The notes beneath the pieces are model-generated. The model worked only from the letters and a program-made list of their open reading frames with translations, ran no database searches and had not been told where the DNA came from. A stretch of 62,495 nucleotides of DNA, filler included, from Dirinaria sp. TL-2023a (lineage: Eukaryota), in assembly GCA_051941275.1 (NCBI GenBank). It is 11 parts of 11 records of this genome, joined end to end, with 100 filler letters (N's around TTAATTAATTAA, not from the genome) between each part and the next. Parts side by side here need not be neighbours in the genome. Positions count along the whole stretch, not along the records: positions 56,924 to 62,495 come from JAVEBF010001633.1; 10 more parts are not named here. The stretch is one strand, 5' to 3'. Below, piece by piece: positions 61,967 through 62,495 of the stretch. The position numbers were made by a program, and so were the translations under genes. How positions within the stretch are numbered: position 1 is the first letter of the stretch; the number at the start of each line of letters is the position of its first letter.

Positions 61967-62495
61967 CCCTGCAACCTTAATCCTCTCAAACATCACCCGC
62001 AGAACTCCTACAACATCACAAACCTATCGTGAGAGCAATGGGAGCATACGCCATCAACAATTATGATTACGACGACTCGAAAAAAGTGGCTAGAAGGCGG
62101 GGACGGGAGGCATCTCGTTTCACCGGCGTTGTGGGGTAGCTTGTGGGGTAGCTTGGGGGGCAGGCAAGAAACAGGAACATGCGTGTGCGTGTGCGAGTGC
62201 GTGTGTGTGCGGAGGATCGATTATTGGTTTGATCCAGATACCCCCCTTTTGTGGACTTTCTATCCTTCGCTTTTGTGTTTTTGTTTTGTTTTGTTTTTTG
62301 TTCATTGATACTCTTCTTTTTTTTCCCCTCTCAACTCCCAAAGTACAGTGACTTCGCGTTTGGCTTGCTTGCTTGCATGCATGATGAGAGGGATTGATTG
62401 ACTTGGGGGTGGTTTTTTTTTCTTCTTCTTTTTTTTTTGTGCGCGTGTATTTAAAAACCCCCGATGAAGGAAAGGGGTCGGGGTTGGAAGAGAAT

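Overview
Eukaryotic (filamentous ascomycete, Pezizomycotina; Eurotiomycetes-like by inference) nuclear DNA. The window is not a natural locus. It is 11 unrelated contigs of about 5.6 kb, sorted by decreasing length (5617, 5606, 5599, 5597, 5597, 5589, 5586, 5580, 5579, 5573, 5572 bp) and joined by an artificial 100-bp N44-TTAATTAATTAA-N44 linker, so gene neighbourhood only means something within a contig. Housekeeping genes: PMC1 Ca2+-ATPase, MET8, PEP7/VAC1, nucleolin (NSR1/gar2), NSE3, MED31/SOH1, PXA2, GMH1/UNC-50, PDE2/pdeH, a Zn2Cys6 transcription factor, GST, GNAT, an alpha/beta hydrolase and an intron-containing tRNA-Leu(CAA). Accessory content: a secreted aspzincin protease, a SprT-like protease gene interrupted by one TGA at a probable Trp codon, a triply disrupted Crinkler-like NTPase/REase gene, a secreted deaminase-like protein divergent from a Cys-rich secreted protein across a 45/48-bp minisatellite, a 5'-truncated LINE with poly(A), a pogo/Fot1 remnant and a MITE-like inverted repeat. 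Best leads: (1) a tail-anchored protein with an N-terminal ESWIEV AIM/LIR, a candidate BNIP3/Atg32-type mitophagy receptor; (2) the secreted deaminase-like effector cassette; (3) a hairpin-dense candidate ncRNA upstream of nucleolin. All family calls come from motif recognition by eye; no searches were run.
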